From assembly GCA_963844035.1 (NCBI GenBank), contig CAWJMT010000009.1, positions 64,001-128,000 of the forward strand: a stretch of 64,000 nt of DNA, read 5' to 3'. The translations under genes and the position numbers were made by a program. This DNA comes from an uncultured Gemmatimonadales bacterium. GTDB lineage: Bacteria > Gemmatimonadota > Gemmatimonadetes > Gemmatimonadales > GWC2-71-9. The notes beneath the pieces were generated by a model. It made no database searches and was not told the DNA's origin. It saw only the letters and a program-made list of their open reading frames with translations. Positions 39,924 to 49,458 of this stretch are shown piece after piece (position 1 is the stretch's first letter; every line of letters starts with the position of its first letter).

Positions 39924-41342
39924 ATGTCGCTGGATCTTCCCCGCCTCCGCGCCCGCCTGCAAGAGGCCCTCGGAGACCAATTTAAAGTCGGTGCGCTGCT
40001 CGGCGAAGGTGGATTCGCCGCAGTATTCCGCGTGCGCGACAAAGCCATGCGCCGCGAGGTCGCGGTGAAAGTGCTCGATCTCGGTCTGACGCCGTCACCC
40101 GAGCTCGCGGAGCGGTTCGTGCGCGAGGCACGCACCGTGGCGAAGCTCGAGCACCAGCACATCGTACCCATCTACAAGGTGGGCGGCTACCAGAACGAGG
40201 TGCTGTACATCGTCATGCCGTGCGTCGACGGGCCGTCGCTGCGGCAGCTGCTCGACAAGCGCGGTCGCATGCCGATCGCCAAGGCGGTGACCATCGCCCG
40301 CCAGGCCGGCGCAGCGCTGGGGTACGCCCACCAGCAGGGCGTGGTGCATCGGGACGTCAAGCCGGACAACATCCTGCTCGACGGCGGCAGCGAGGTGCGG
40401 GTCACGGATTTCGGCATCGCGAAGGCCGCGGAAGCCGCATCCGGAGCGAACCTCACGACCGAAGGAATGGTCGTCGGCACGCCGCAGTACATGAGCCCCG
40501 AGCAAGCCACCGGGGACAAGATCGGGACCCGCTCGGACATCTACTCGCTCGGGATCGTGCTCTACGAAATGTTGGCGGGGAAGGTGCCGTTCGAAGGCGA
40601 CTCAGTGCAGTCGATCCTGATGAAGCAAGCGACTGCCGACCCGGCGCCGATCCGCGAAATCCGCAGCGAAGTCCCGCCGGAGCTCGCCGCGGTGCTCGAC
40701 CGGATGCTCTGCAAAGCCCCTGGTGAACGGTTCGGCACGCTTGCCGAGCTCGACGCGGCGCTGGTCGCGGCCGTACCGGCCGCGGCACGCAAGCGGAAGA
40801 CCGGGCAGGCGGGCACGGTCACGGGGGCGGCGTCGTCTGTCGCCGCGGCCGGGGTCGCGGCCGCCCTCGGCGTCGGCGCGCTGGTGGCCGGAGGCATGCT
40901 GGTGAGCTGGGTCGCGCTCGACCGCCCGCCGAGAGTGCTGATCACGCAGCCGGTCTCAGACAGCGTCAACACCTCGCTGCGGCGCCGCGGCATCCTGGCG
41001 GTGAACGACACCGCCGTGTTCGCGTTCAGTCCAGCTGGCAGGGAGGAGCTGACGCTGTTCATCATCGCCCGGCGGCGGGTGGTGGTGGCGGAGCCCCATC
41101 GGTTGCGCGGGTACGCTCGGGACAGTGTCGCGTACACCTTCGTGCCCGGCTGGCGCGCCGGCCCGCGCTTCTTTTTCTTGTTGCTTCCCGCGCGGGCGCG
41201 GCCCGACACGGTGTTTGCGACGCTGTCACCGCGCGGGCTGTGGGCGATCGGGCGCGGCGTTGACGGTCTGCTCCCCGGCGGAATCCGGTTGCGGCCCCGC
41301 CCCGGCGCTCAGCGCCCGGCGGTGCGGGAGATCAGTCCGTAG
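39924..41342 (+). CDS. Hanks-type Ser/Thr protein kinase with TM segment
   Basis: GEGGFAAV, VAVK, HRDVKPDN, DFG, GTPQYMSPE. Confidence 0.93.
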   Translation: MSLDLPRLRARLQEALGDQFKVGALLGEGGFAAVFRVRDKAMRREVAVKVLDLGLTPSPELAERFVREARTVAKLEHQHIVPIYKVGGYQNEVLYIVMPCVDGPSLRQLLDKRGRMPIAKAVTIARQAGAALGYAHQQGVVHRDVKPDNILLDGGSEVRVTDFGIAKAAEAASGANLTTEGMVVGTPQYMSPEQATGDKIGTRSDIYSLGIVLYEMLAGKVPFEGDSVQSILMKQATADPAPIREIRSEVPPELAAVLDRMLCKAPGERFGTLAELDAALVAAVPAAARKRKTGQAGTVTGAASSVAAAGVAAALGVGALVAGGMLVSWVALDRPPRVLITQPVSDSVNTSLRRRGILAVNDTAVFAFSPAGREELTLFIIARRRVVVAEPHRLRGYARDSVAYTFVPGWRAGPRFFFLLLPARARPDTVFATLSPRGLWAIGRGVDGLLPGGIRLRPRPGAQRPAVREISP

Positions 41343-42076
41343 AGGTTGGCTTGGTCCACGCGATTGGTGTTCTGGGGAATGCCGACCGTGGACCCGACTC
41401 GCTCGCGGCCGCCGATCGAAATGCCGAACACCCAGGCGGTGCGGTGGAATGACGGGTCCGCATCGAGCCGTGCCAGCAAGGCCACCGCGAAGCGGCCACC
41501 GGTCGCGACCCGTGCATCGAGTGCGTACCCGACCACCGAATCCTTGGTGAAGCGCCCCTCGGAGGAGATCGTGAGGAGCGGTCCGAACGGTTGCAACGCG
41601 ATGCTCGGGACGACGGTGGCGAGCTGAACCTCACCGCGGACCACGGGCTGCATCACGTTCGTAACGACGGTCGCGAGCGACACCCACCGCATGGGTTCGT
41701 ACCCCACGCCGAAATCCCACCCTGTGCCTTTGGTGTCACCGCGATACATCGAAGCCGCGAGCCCGGCGGAGAGCCCCTTGCGGGCGGCTCCCAGCCCGAA
41801 GCGATACGTGTGACCGGTTACGCCGCCCTCGAACATGTCCCGCTGATACCCGAACGACAGCCCGCGTGAGTTGAACCCGAGCGTGAGCTGACGCAGCTGA
41901 ATGTCGCTCCCCGGGTCTTCGACCGTCAGGTCCGCGTGGATCGATGCCTCATGTTCCTTGCCCAGGCCCGCCGGGTTGACCCACAGGGCGCGCGCGTCGC
42001 TCACGGTGGCGGGGGACAGGTACGCGAGGGTCCGGTTGGGGGAAACCTGGGCGTCGACGGGGCGCGCGACGCTCAC
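41309..42076 (-). CDS. Putative outer-membrane beta-barrel protein (true start probably further upstream)
   Basis: WVNPAGL motif, alternating beta-strand pattern, hydrophobic signal-like stretch upstream in frame. Confidence 0.5.
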   Translation of the reverse strand: MSVARPVDAQVSPNRTLAYLSPATVSDARALWVNPAGLGKEHEASIHADLTVEDPGSDIQLRQLTLGFNSRGLSFGYQRDMFEGGVTGHTYRFGLGAARKGLSAGLAASMYRGDTKGTGWDFGVGYEPMRWVSLATVVTNVMQPVVRGEVQLATVVPSIALQPFGPLLTISSEGRFTKDSVVGYALDARVATGGRFAVALLARLDADPSFHRTAWVFGISIGGRERVGSTVGIPQNTNRVDQANLYGLISRTAGR

Positions 42077-42120
42077 GAGGAGCGCGACGATCGCGAGTGC
42101 GACGATGCAGCGCGGCGCGA

Positions 42121-43039
42121 TTACGGGCGCACCGAAACGGAGGACTGAAGCACCTGCGTGCGGGGAATCGTGAGACCCTGGGCAGGGAGTGAGACGGTGA
42201 GACTTGTCGAGTCGCGCGATTCACCGCCCAGGTACCGGCCGTCCTCCGCGATGAACGCCCGCGCCGTGGTCGTGCCGGTGCCGTTGAACTCGAACACTTG
42301 CCCGCCATTTTCGCTCGAGCCCACCAGGCTGTAGGTCGCGGTGCTTTCGATTCGCAGGCTCCGGGTCCCGCCATGGACTTCCCACGCGCCCGTTGTCGAG
42401 TGCGTGGTGGTGCGCCGGGTGACCGAGCCGCCATTGGCCCGCTGCGTGACCGCTGCGGTATCGGTCCACGTCGCTCCCACGCTCACGCCTTCCAGGGGAA
42501 CACGCGGGAGGAAGTCCCGGAACGTTCCCGCCAGCTGGGCGATGTTCTGCGCGCTCACACTGTCGGAGGTGGTCGTAGCCTGAAAATCACCGCGCGGCGC
42601 GAGCCGGCCCGCGAGGATCAGCGCGCGGACGCGGGCCATGTTACCGGCGATCGGTTGCAGGGTCCCGGAATCGGACAGCACCGAGTCAACCGTAATGGTC
42701 GTCGGGTAGCCGTTCGCGTCCGCCGGACCGGTGATCACAACGCCCACGAACAGGCGGGCACCAAGATCCTGGGGGTGTTGCTGCCCGCCGATCAACTGGT
42801 CGACGTGCAGCTTGCGGTCCACCACATACCGCATGGCGCTCGGTCCGTATCGGATTGCGCCGTGGGCCGGTGGCCGCACTGGGGTTGTGATCGGTGGTGG
42901 TGTGGGGGGAGGCGGTGGCGGGGCCGGCGCTGCGGCCGGAGGTTGCGGTGCCGGGGCGTCGGCGGCGGGCGGGGCGCCGGACCCTCGCGACGCAACTGGC
43001 CAGCACCAGGACCGCGGCCGCGCGGCTCCAGGCGGTCAT
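42121..43039 (-). CDS. Hypothetical lipoprotein, frameshift near 42970
   Basis: MTAWSRAAAVLVLASC lipobox, Pro-rich linker, Thr/Ser-rich beta domain. Confidence 0.55.
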
Positions 43040-43284
43040 GAGTGCGGCTCGGACGCAGGCGTTGTGGCGCGGTCGGACTTGGTGCGCCCGAACACCGCGA
43101 TCAATTCCGGGCCATCGCTCGAAACCCGCAGCAGCTTCCAACCGCGTTTCCCCATGTCGGCACGCCACCCGATGAGCTTTTCCCATTCCTCGCTCGTGGT
43201 GCGGAAAACGCGTAAGTCGGCTACGGTTTCCCACTGGGGTGGGTACGGCTTCGGCGTCGGGGACGAAGGTGGGGGCAGGGCCAT
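43036..43284 (-). CDS. Small hypothetical protein
   Basis: 82-aa ORF whose stop overlaps the next start (ATGA); start codon lies in the rnpB 3' end. Confidence 0.55.
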   Translation of the reverse strand: MALPPPSSPTPKPYPPQWETVADLRVFRTTSEEWEKLIGWRADMGKRGWKLLRVSSDGPELIAVFGRTKSDRATTPASEPHS

Positions 43285-43643
43285 AAGCCGAGTTCTGTTT
43301 GTCCACCCGAAAGCGGACAGATGGTCATCTCTCTGGGATGGCTGTCGCCAGCCACCTCGACGCGGCCTACCCGCAGCTCAAGCGACCCGGGTCGAGTCTC
43401 GCTGCTTATTTGGCCTTGCTCCGACTGGGGGTTACCGTGCCACGCCTGTTGCCAGGCGCGCGGTGGGCTCTTACCCCACCGTTTCACCCTTACCCCTGCA
43501 TCAGGGGCGGTTTGTTTTCTGTGGCCCTGTCCGTCGCCTTGCGGCGCCCAGGCGTTACCTGGCAGTCTACCCTTTGGAGCTCGGACTTTCCTCAGCGCAC
43601 CATGCCTGCCGGCGCACCGCGACCATCGCGCCCTACCACCACC
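43268..43643 (-). ncRNA. rnpB: RNase P RNA (class A)
   Basis: Minus strand GAGGAAAGTCCGAGCTCC, GGGTGAAACGGTGGGGTAAGAGCCCACC, ACAGAACTCGGCTTA; P1 GGTGGTAGGGC pairs with GCCCTGCCCCC. Confidence 0.95.
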
Positions 43644-43651
43644 AGCGAACA

Positions 43652-43681
43652 AACTTACCGGCGTCAGGACGCGCGATGCAA
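43652..43681 (-). promoter_or_regulatory. rnpB promoter
   Basis: TTGCAT-18 bp-TAAGTT ending about 8 nt before the predicted 5' end of the RNA. Confidence 0.55.
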
Positions 43682-43689
43682 GGCTCGCG

Positions 43690-45717
43690 CTACCGCGCCA
43701 GGCGCCGCAGCACGAGCGCGAGGCTGTCGCTCCCGCTCCGCCCCCGCCCTTTCGCGGATCGCGCGCGGACCGACGTTCCCTCACTCGAAGACAGCCAGAA
43801 GCCGTCATTCTCGCCGAAGGCTAGGCGTTTCAGCCCTGCCAGGCTGCCGGAACGGACCAGCGTGAGCGGCAACTCGACGGCGTGGACCGCGTAGAGACCG
43901 CGCGCCCGGTAGGCGTTGAGTACCGTGCGGATCTCCGCTTCCGGCGTAAACAGCAGTGCGGGGCGGTCGGGAAGCGAGAATCCACGAAACAGTCCCAATG
44001 TGAACCAGTCCGCCGGAGCCTGCTGAAGGCGGAACGCGAAATAGAGGCTGCCGCTCTCCCGCAGCGCTCGATCTCGCAGCCCGCGCGCGCGCTCCGCCAC
44101 CAGGTCTTCGAGCGCTCCAAGGTACGCGGCGAGCAGGCCCGCCTCGCGCAGCGTGCGGTAACGGTTCGGAGCCGCCACCGTGTCGAGCGTGCCCCGTTGC
44201 CCGATGCGCCTCAGGCCCTGGCGCCAGGCCGCGTCGCAAAACTCCTGGCCCATGGAGTATCCGCTCCAGCCACCTTTGCGGGATCCGCTGAGATCGAGAG
44301 CCAGTGCCGGGACGAGCTGGCGCGTCTGGTTGGCGAGCCGTGCGAGCGCCATGAAGGCGGGCGCGATCCCGGCGTCCCAGAGGGTTGAGTCGAGCGCGCA
44401 CGGCATGCCGATGGCCTCGCCGCGCGACCCGCGCGACGAATCGCTCCACGCACCGGGTGGCCGATAGGCCGCATAGTCGAACGCCGGGATCCAGGCCACG
44501 CTGGTGGGCTGTAGTTGACTCACGACCCCTTTCCAGGCGCGGCGGACCGCGTCTCGGTCGGCCCACAGGTGATGCAACGAGTCGACCACCGTCTCGGGGC
44601 GGGCATCGCCCGCCAGCAGATTCAGGCCGGCGGCATCGAGGGAACCGACCAGCGAGTCGAGCGACGCGGCGGACCTCGGCACCTCGTGCCCCTGCTCCAA
44701 AACAAGGAGTGGCGTCCAGAGCGTCCGAATCCCGACCTGACGGATCCAGCTCGGGACCTCGGGCGCGCGTCCCGCCTGTGAGCTGGTGGGTGGCTCGAGC
44801 GGCACGGTGGTGGCGCCCGGCGGGGCGGTTTTGGGGGCGGGCTGCAGATCCACCGGCACGGGCGCACCCACCAGGGTCAGCGGCTGGCGCTGGTCTCCCG
44901 GCGGGACGTGAGCCCACTCCGCCGGCCGGCGCGTCCAGCGCGCCAACGCGGTGAGGAAGTCCTTCGTGTCGCTCAACGCTCCCAGCTGGAGCAGCGGCAT
45001 GGTGGTCGCGCGATTTTGTGGACCGAGCGCACCCAGGGCGTGCCGGCTGATCACGACGACCAACCCGTCACCGAGACGGCTGGCGGCAACAACGGGCGAA
45101 CCGAGGCGGACTGGGGCATCCTTGGCGCCGCGTGCCGGTGGACCGAGGCTCGAGACGGCCACCACCTGTGCCGTTCGCTTGACGCTCAGCGGATGGTTGC
45201 GATCCAGCGGGAACGGCTCGTACGATGCCCCGAGCGGGTCGCTCCCAACCGGTCGGCCCACCGCCCACGGCTGAGCGCGAGCGAACAGCACCCGGGCGGC
45301 GGAGTCCTGCAGCGCTCGATCGCCGATGGCGATACCACTTCCCTGCGCCGCCAGCCATTGGTTCGCCGTCCAGCGATCGAGCGACCCTTCACCGTCGCCG
45401 GCGTAGGCCAGGACCGCGACCCGGCCACCCCTCACCCAATCACCCAGCGTGCCCAGGTCGCCGGCCGTGAGCGCGTCCGAGGGAACCTCGGGCCCACGTC
45501 CGAGGAGCAGCAGCAACACGTGGTAGCGCCGCAGATCGGCCTTGGTCAAGTGAGGATAGAACCGGCGGTACTCCACCGCGTATCCGGCGGCGCGCCATGG
45601 CCCCGCGGTCCCCTCAAGCAACGCGGGATCCGTGAGGGCGAGGTCCAACACCAGCGCGCGGCGACCCGACGACTGGCAGGCGGCGAGCAGCACCAGCAAC
45701 AGCAGGGCGCGCGGCAT
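43690..45717 (-). CDS. Hypothetical two-domain lipoprotein
   Basis: MPRALLLLVLLAAC lipobox; TGATG coupling to the upstream kinase; 675 aa. Confidence 0.6.
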   Translation of the reverse strand: MPRALLLLVLLAACQSSGRRALVLDLALTDPALLEGTAGPWRAAGYAVEYRRFYPHLTKADLRRYHVLLLLLGRGPEVPSDALTAGDLGTLGDWVRGGRVAVLAYAGDGEGSLDRWTANQWLAAQGSGIAIGDRALQDSAARVLFARAQPWAVGRPVGSDPLGASYEPFPLDRNHPLSVKRTAQVVAVSSLGPPARGAKDAPVRLGSPVVAASRLGDGLVVVISRHALGALGPQNRATTMPLLQLGALSDTKDFLTALARWTRRPAEWAHVPPGDQRQPLTLVGAPVPVDLQPAPKTAPPGATTVPLEPPTSSQAGRAPEVPSWIRQVGIRTLWTPLLVLEQGHEVPRSAASLDSLVGSLDAAGLNLLAGDARPETVVDSLHHLWADRDAVRRAWKGVVSQLQPTSVAWIPAFDYAAYRPPGAWSDSSRGSRGEAIGMPCALDSTLWDAGIAPAFMALARLANQTRQLVPALALDLSGSRKGGWSGYSMGQEFCDAAWRQGLRRIGQRGTLDTVAAPNRYRTLREAGLLAAYLGALEDLVAERARGLRDRALRESGSLYFAFRLQQAPADWFTLGLFRGFSLPDRPALLFTPEAEIRTVLNAYRARGLYAVHAVELPLTLVRSGSLAGLKRLAFGENDGFWLSSSEGTSVRARSAKGRGRSGSDSLALVLRRLAR

Positions 45718-48095
45718 CAGTCGGGCCGCGACTGCTCGATCAGGTGCCGAAATCGCGGAGTCTCCCGTAAGGGGTCGAAGTCCGGCGCCCGGAGGTAAAA
45801 CCACAGGCGTGCGCCGCGGGGGCGGACGCGTTCCAACAGGGCCAGGGCCGCAGCGGAATCTTGCAGGGCGACCAGCGCCCGCGCGACCCACGCTGCATCC
45901 GCCACGGTCGGGCGTTCCAGGCCAGTGCCATCGCGCAGGATTTCCCGCACCCGCGTGCGAGCGGCGGACGTATCGCCCGCGCGGAGGTCCACCAGGGCGA
46001 GTACGGCTTCGCCGGGACGCTGATACCCGGCGTGAAATCGCACGGCGGTTTCGGCATCGGTGCGCGCTTCGGCCAGATCGCCGGCGCCGAGGCGGATCAC
46101 CGCCCGGAGGACGTATGCGTAGTCGGCGGCTGGATCGAGGGCAAGCGTGCTGTCGAGCCAGCGGCTCGCCGCATGCTCCCGGTTCGTCCGCAGACTCAGT
46201 CGCGCCATGTTGAAGAGCGTGATGGGCCGCGCCGGCTCGATGCCGAGCGCTTGGGCGTACATGCCCTCGGCTGCGGAATCGGCCCCGAGCCAGAGGAGGG
46301 CCATCCCGTACTGGTGATACGCCTCCGCGTTCCGGGGGTCGAGCTCGACGGCGCGCGCCAACGCGGCGCGTACACCGTCGAACGTGCGCGGGTTGCGGAA
46401 ACTGAACAGGAACCCCTTGGCCATCCAGGCGTCGGCGCTGCTCGAGTCCGTCGCGAGGGCCCGATCGGCGGCCGCGAAGCCTTCGGAGAGCACCCACTCG
46501 GACGATCGCGAAGGGAAGGACCATCCCCAGTCCAGAAACAGCGCGTAGCCGAGTGCGATCCGCGCCGAGGCGGCAGCAAACCCGGGGTCGAACCGCAACG
46601 CCGCTTGATACTCGCCGATGGCGCGTGCGACAGCGCGCGGCGTCCGCTCCGCCAGATAGTAGTTGCCGTGCAGGAAGTGATCGTAGGCGGCCGGCTGCTG
46701 CGTGGGGCGTTGCGCCAGTGCCGAGCGCTCCGCCGGCACGAGCTGGCCGGCGACCGCTCCAGCAACGGCCCGGGTGATGTCGTCCGCGATCGCGAGGAGG
46801 TCTGTCGTCGGTTCGTCGTACTCCTCGCCCCAGTGCCGGATCCCGTCGGATGCACGGACGAGTTCGACGGCGACCCGCAGGCGCGTGCCGGTGCGCCGCA
46901 TGCTGCCCGCGACCAGATACGCCACGCCGAGCGCGCGCCCTATGCCTGCGGGGTCGGGGGTCGCGACGCCGCGAAAGCGGCGCACCGCCACGCGCGAGGT
47001 GACCGCCAGACGCGAGATGCGGCCCAGCCGCCCGATGATGTCCTCGGTGAGGCCGTCTGCAAGGTATGAGTCCGCGGTGTCGGCCGACTGGCTTTCGAAG
47101 TACAACACCGCGACGCTGTTGGCGTTCGGCGCGCTCCCCGGCGGTTTCGGCCCTCGCTCGAGTATCCAGCGGACCCCGACCGCGAGCCCCAGCGCTGCGG
47201 CGACGATGGCGATGGTGATGCCGAGCCGCCGGGGCCGCGCTGCCTGCGGTCGCTCGTCGGTCAGCATCCGCACGAACGCTTGAATGGAAGCAGGCCGGTC
47301 CGCCGGGAGCTTGGCGAGTCCCGCTGCCACGGCGCGCTCGACATGCGGCGGCAAGTCGGGCCGCACGGTGCGGATCGGGCGGGGCGGATCGGCGAGCAAG
47401 CGGGCCACCGTAGCCTGGAGATTGGGGCCGGTAAACGGCGGCTCCCCGGCGAGCATTTCGTACAACATCGCCGCCAGGGCGTAGACGTCGCTCCGCGCAT
47501 CGATGTCCCGCGCGCCCATGGCCTGCTCGGGGCTCATGTACTCTGCCGTGCCCAATGTCTCGCCGGACCCGGTGGACGATTGGTCGGCCTGCGATTCGGC
47601 GAGGAGCTTGGCGATCCCGAAGTCCGCCACCATCGCGTGACCGTGGGACAGCAGGATGTTGGCGGGCTTCACGTCCCGGTGGAGGATCCCGGAGTCGTGG
47701 GCGTATTGGAGCGCTTCGCCGACCTCAGCCGTGATGCGGATGGCCTGTTCGAGCGAGAGCGGGCCGCCGCGCTCCAGCAGCTGGTGCAGCGACTCGCCCT
47801 CGACGAGCTCCATGACGTAGAACAGCAGTCCGTCCGCTTCGTCGGCTTCGAACAGCGATACGATATTCGGATGGGAGAGCTGCGCCGCGAGCAGGACTTC
47901 CCGCTGGAAGCGCTCGCTCCCGACGTAGGCCCGCAGTTCGGGCGGCAGCACCTTGATGGCCACCTGGCGTCCGAGCCTGACGTCCGTGGCGCGATACACC
48001 GTGGCCATGCCGCCGGCCCCGAGCTCAGGTCCCAGGATGTAGCGGCCCGCCAGCGCGCGGCCCAAGCGGTCGTGCAACAAGGGGTCAGCTGGCAT
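45717..48095 (-). CDS. Ser/Thr kinase with TM, TolB-like and TPR domains
   Basis: GAGGMATVY, HRDVKPANIL, DFG, SVAVLYF...LADGLTEDII, TPR repeats. Confidence 0.92.
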   Translation of the reverse strand: MPADPLLHDRLGRALAGRYILGPELGAGGMATVYRATDVRLGRQVAIKVLPPELRAYVGSERFQREVLLAAQLSHPNIVSLFEADEADGLLFYVMELVEGESLHQLLERGGPLSLEQAIRITAEVGEALQYAHDSGILHRDVKPANILLSHGHAMVADFGIAKLLAESQADQSSTGSGETLGTAEYMSPEQAMGARDIDARSDVYALAAMLYEMLAGEPPFTGPNLQATVARLLADPPRPIRTVRPDLPPHVERAVAAGLAKLPADRPASIQAFVRMLTDERPQAARPRRLGITIAIVAAALGLAVGVRWILERGPKPPGSAPNANSVAVLYFESQSADTADSYLADGLTEDIIGRLGRISRLAVTSRVAVRRFRGVATPDPAGIGRALGVAYLVAGSMRRTGTRLRVAVELVRASDGIRHWGEEYDEPTTDLLAIADDITRAVAGAVAGQLVPAERSALAQRPTQQPAAYDHFLHGNYYLAERTPRAVARAIGEYQAALRFDPGFAAASARIALGYALFLDWGWSFPSRSSEWVLSEGFAAADRALATDSSSADAWMAKGFLFSFRNPRTFDGVRAALARAVELDPRNAEAYHQYGMALLWLGADSAAEGMYAQALGIEPARPITLFNMARLSLRTNREHAASRWLDSTLALDPAADYAYVLRAVIRLGAGDLAEARTDAETAVRFHAGYQRPGEAVLALVDLRAGDTSAARTRVREILRDGTGLERPTVADAAWVARALVALQDSAAALALLERVRPRGARLWFYLRAPDFDPLRETPRFRHLIEQSRPD

Positions 48096-48154
48096 GCGCC
48101 CGACTGTTTCGATCGATCAGCTCGCGTTCTCGCATGCCTTCCCGCCCCGTCGGA

Positions 48155-48499
48155 CTACGGCCGCGGCTCGACTCCCAGGCGCGTCAGCCCCCGGCGCGCC
48201 GCGGCAATATAGGGCTCGAGCTCCTTGTTCGTCCCTGCGCCGACCGCGACGATGAACTTGTAGGCCACGATCGCCGAACCGGCGTCCCCATCTCGCTCGG
48301 CCTGATCGCCGCGCGCCAGCACTTTGTCGAGCGCCTCGGGCGTGCGATAGCTGAGCCCGGGGTCGGCCCGGACCTTCTTGGCGGTATGGTGGAACGTGGT
48401 CGCCCCCCACAATCCCAGGCCCAAGGCGACGATGGCCAAGGCGATCCCGAGTCGCGCCGCGCGCTTCCGGTCGGCCGGCGGCTGGATCACAGGCTCCAC
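48155..48499 (-). CDS. Hypothetical membrane-anchored protein
   Basis: N-terminal TM helix followed by a TPR-like helix pair. Confidence 0.5.
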   Translation of the reverse strand: MEPVIQPPADRKRAARLGIALAIVALGLGLWGATTFHHTAKKVRADPGLSYRTPEALDKVLARGDQAERDGDAGSAIVAYKFIVAVGAGTNKELEPYIAAARRGLTRLGVEPRP

Positions 48500-48594
48500 A
48501 CGGCCCCCGGAGTTTTCGGGTAGGGTCGAAGCGTCGAAGGACGCGGGGCTGGGTTGAGCCCGGGTTGATGGTGCATCGCTATCGTCTCCTTACC

Positions 48595-49458
48595 ATGGTA
48601 ACCGTCTGCACAGTGCTGCCACCACCGGAACGGGCGCGGTTGGACGCGGCTGGGAACGGGTGTTTTACCGCTGTGCATGCCGATTCGTTTCACGACGTTT
48701 TGAGTACCGCGCGGCGGCAGCGGGTGGATGCCTTGGTCATTTCCGTGCACCGCTGCGACGGCATCGAGCTGCCTGCCGTCGCGCGGTTTGTGCATGAGTT
48801 CCCGGCGATCCCGGCCGTCGCCCTGGTATCGCGTCACGATAGCATCGCCACCGAAGCGCTGCTCCGGCTCGGAGCCACCGGCGTGCGAGCCGCGGTGGAC
48901 TGCACCGAGCCGGGGGGCTGGCGACGGTTGCGCGAGCTGGTGGGGCATCCGGTTTCGCCGGCAGCGGCGCAGATTCTCGGCCGCGTGCTCCCCGCTCTCG
49001 ATCCCGCCTCTGGTGACGCGCGGCTGTTCTTCGAGGCGCTCGCCCGGCTTGCTCCCGTCTTGACCACGGTGCGGGGACTCGCCCGGCATCTGCGCCTGGG
49101 GTCGAGCACGCTGATGTCGAGATTCTACCGCGCCCGGCTGCCGTCGCCGAAGAGCTACCTCGCCGGCATGCGGCTGCTGCATGCGGCCCACCTGTTTCAG
49201 AACCCCGGGCTGTCGGTGGCGGACGTCGCGTATCGGCTGGACTACTCGTCGCCGCAGAGCTTCAGCCGTCACCTCAAAGCCATGCTGGGAGTCACCGCCG
49301 GGGAGTTTCGGCACCGATTTCCCTTTGATCTCGCACTCGCCCGCTTCGTCGACTTGCTCATCATCCCGTACCGGGAGGCCCTGCGCGCGTTACACCCCCT
49401 GAACGCGGGGATTGGGGACCAAGGACCCAACGCGGCTCGCGTCTCCCGGACGGGATAA
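48595..49458 (+). CDS. AraC-family regulator with degenerate receiver-like N-terminus
   Basis: LSVADVAYRLDYSSPQSFSRHLK...GVTAGEFR AraC HTH. Confidence 0.82.
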   Translation: MVTVCTVLPPPERARLDAAGNGCFTAVHADSFHDVLSTARRQRVDALVISVHRCDGIELPAVARFVHEFPAIPAVALVSRHDSIATEALLRLGATGVRAAVDCTEPGGWRRLRELVGHPVSPAAAQILGRVLPALDPASGDARLFFEALARLAPVLTTVRGLARHLRLGSSTLMSRFYRARLPSPKSYLAGMRLLHAAHLFQNPGLSVADVAYRLDYSSPQSFSRHLKAMLGVTAGEFRHRFPFDLALARFVDLLIIPYREALRALHPLNAGIGDQGPNAARVSRTG

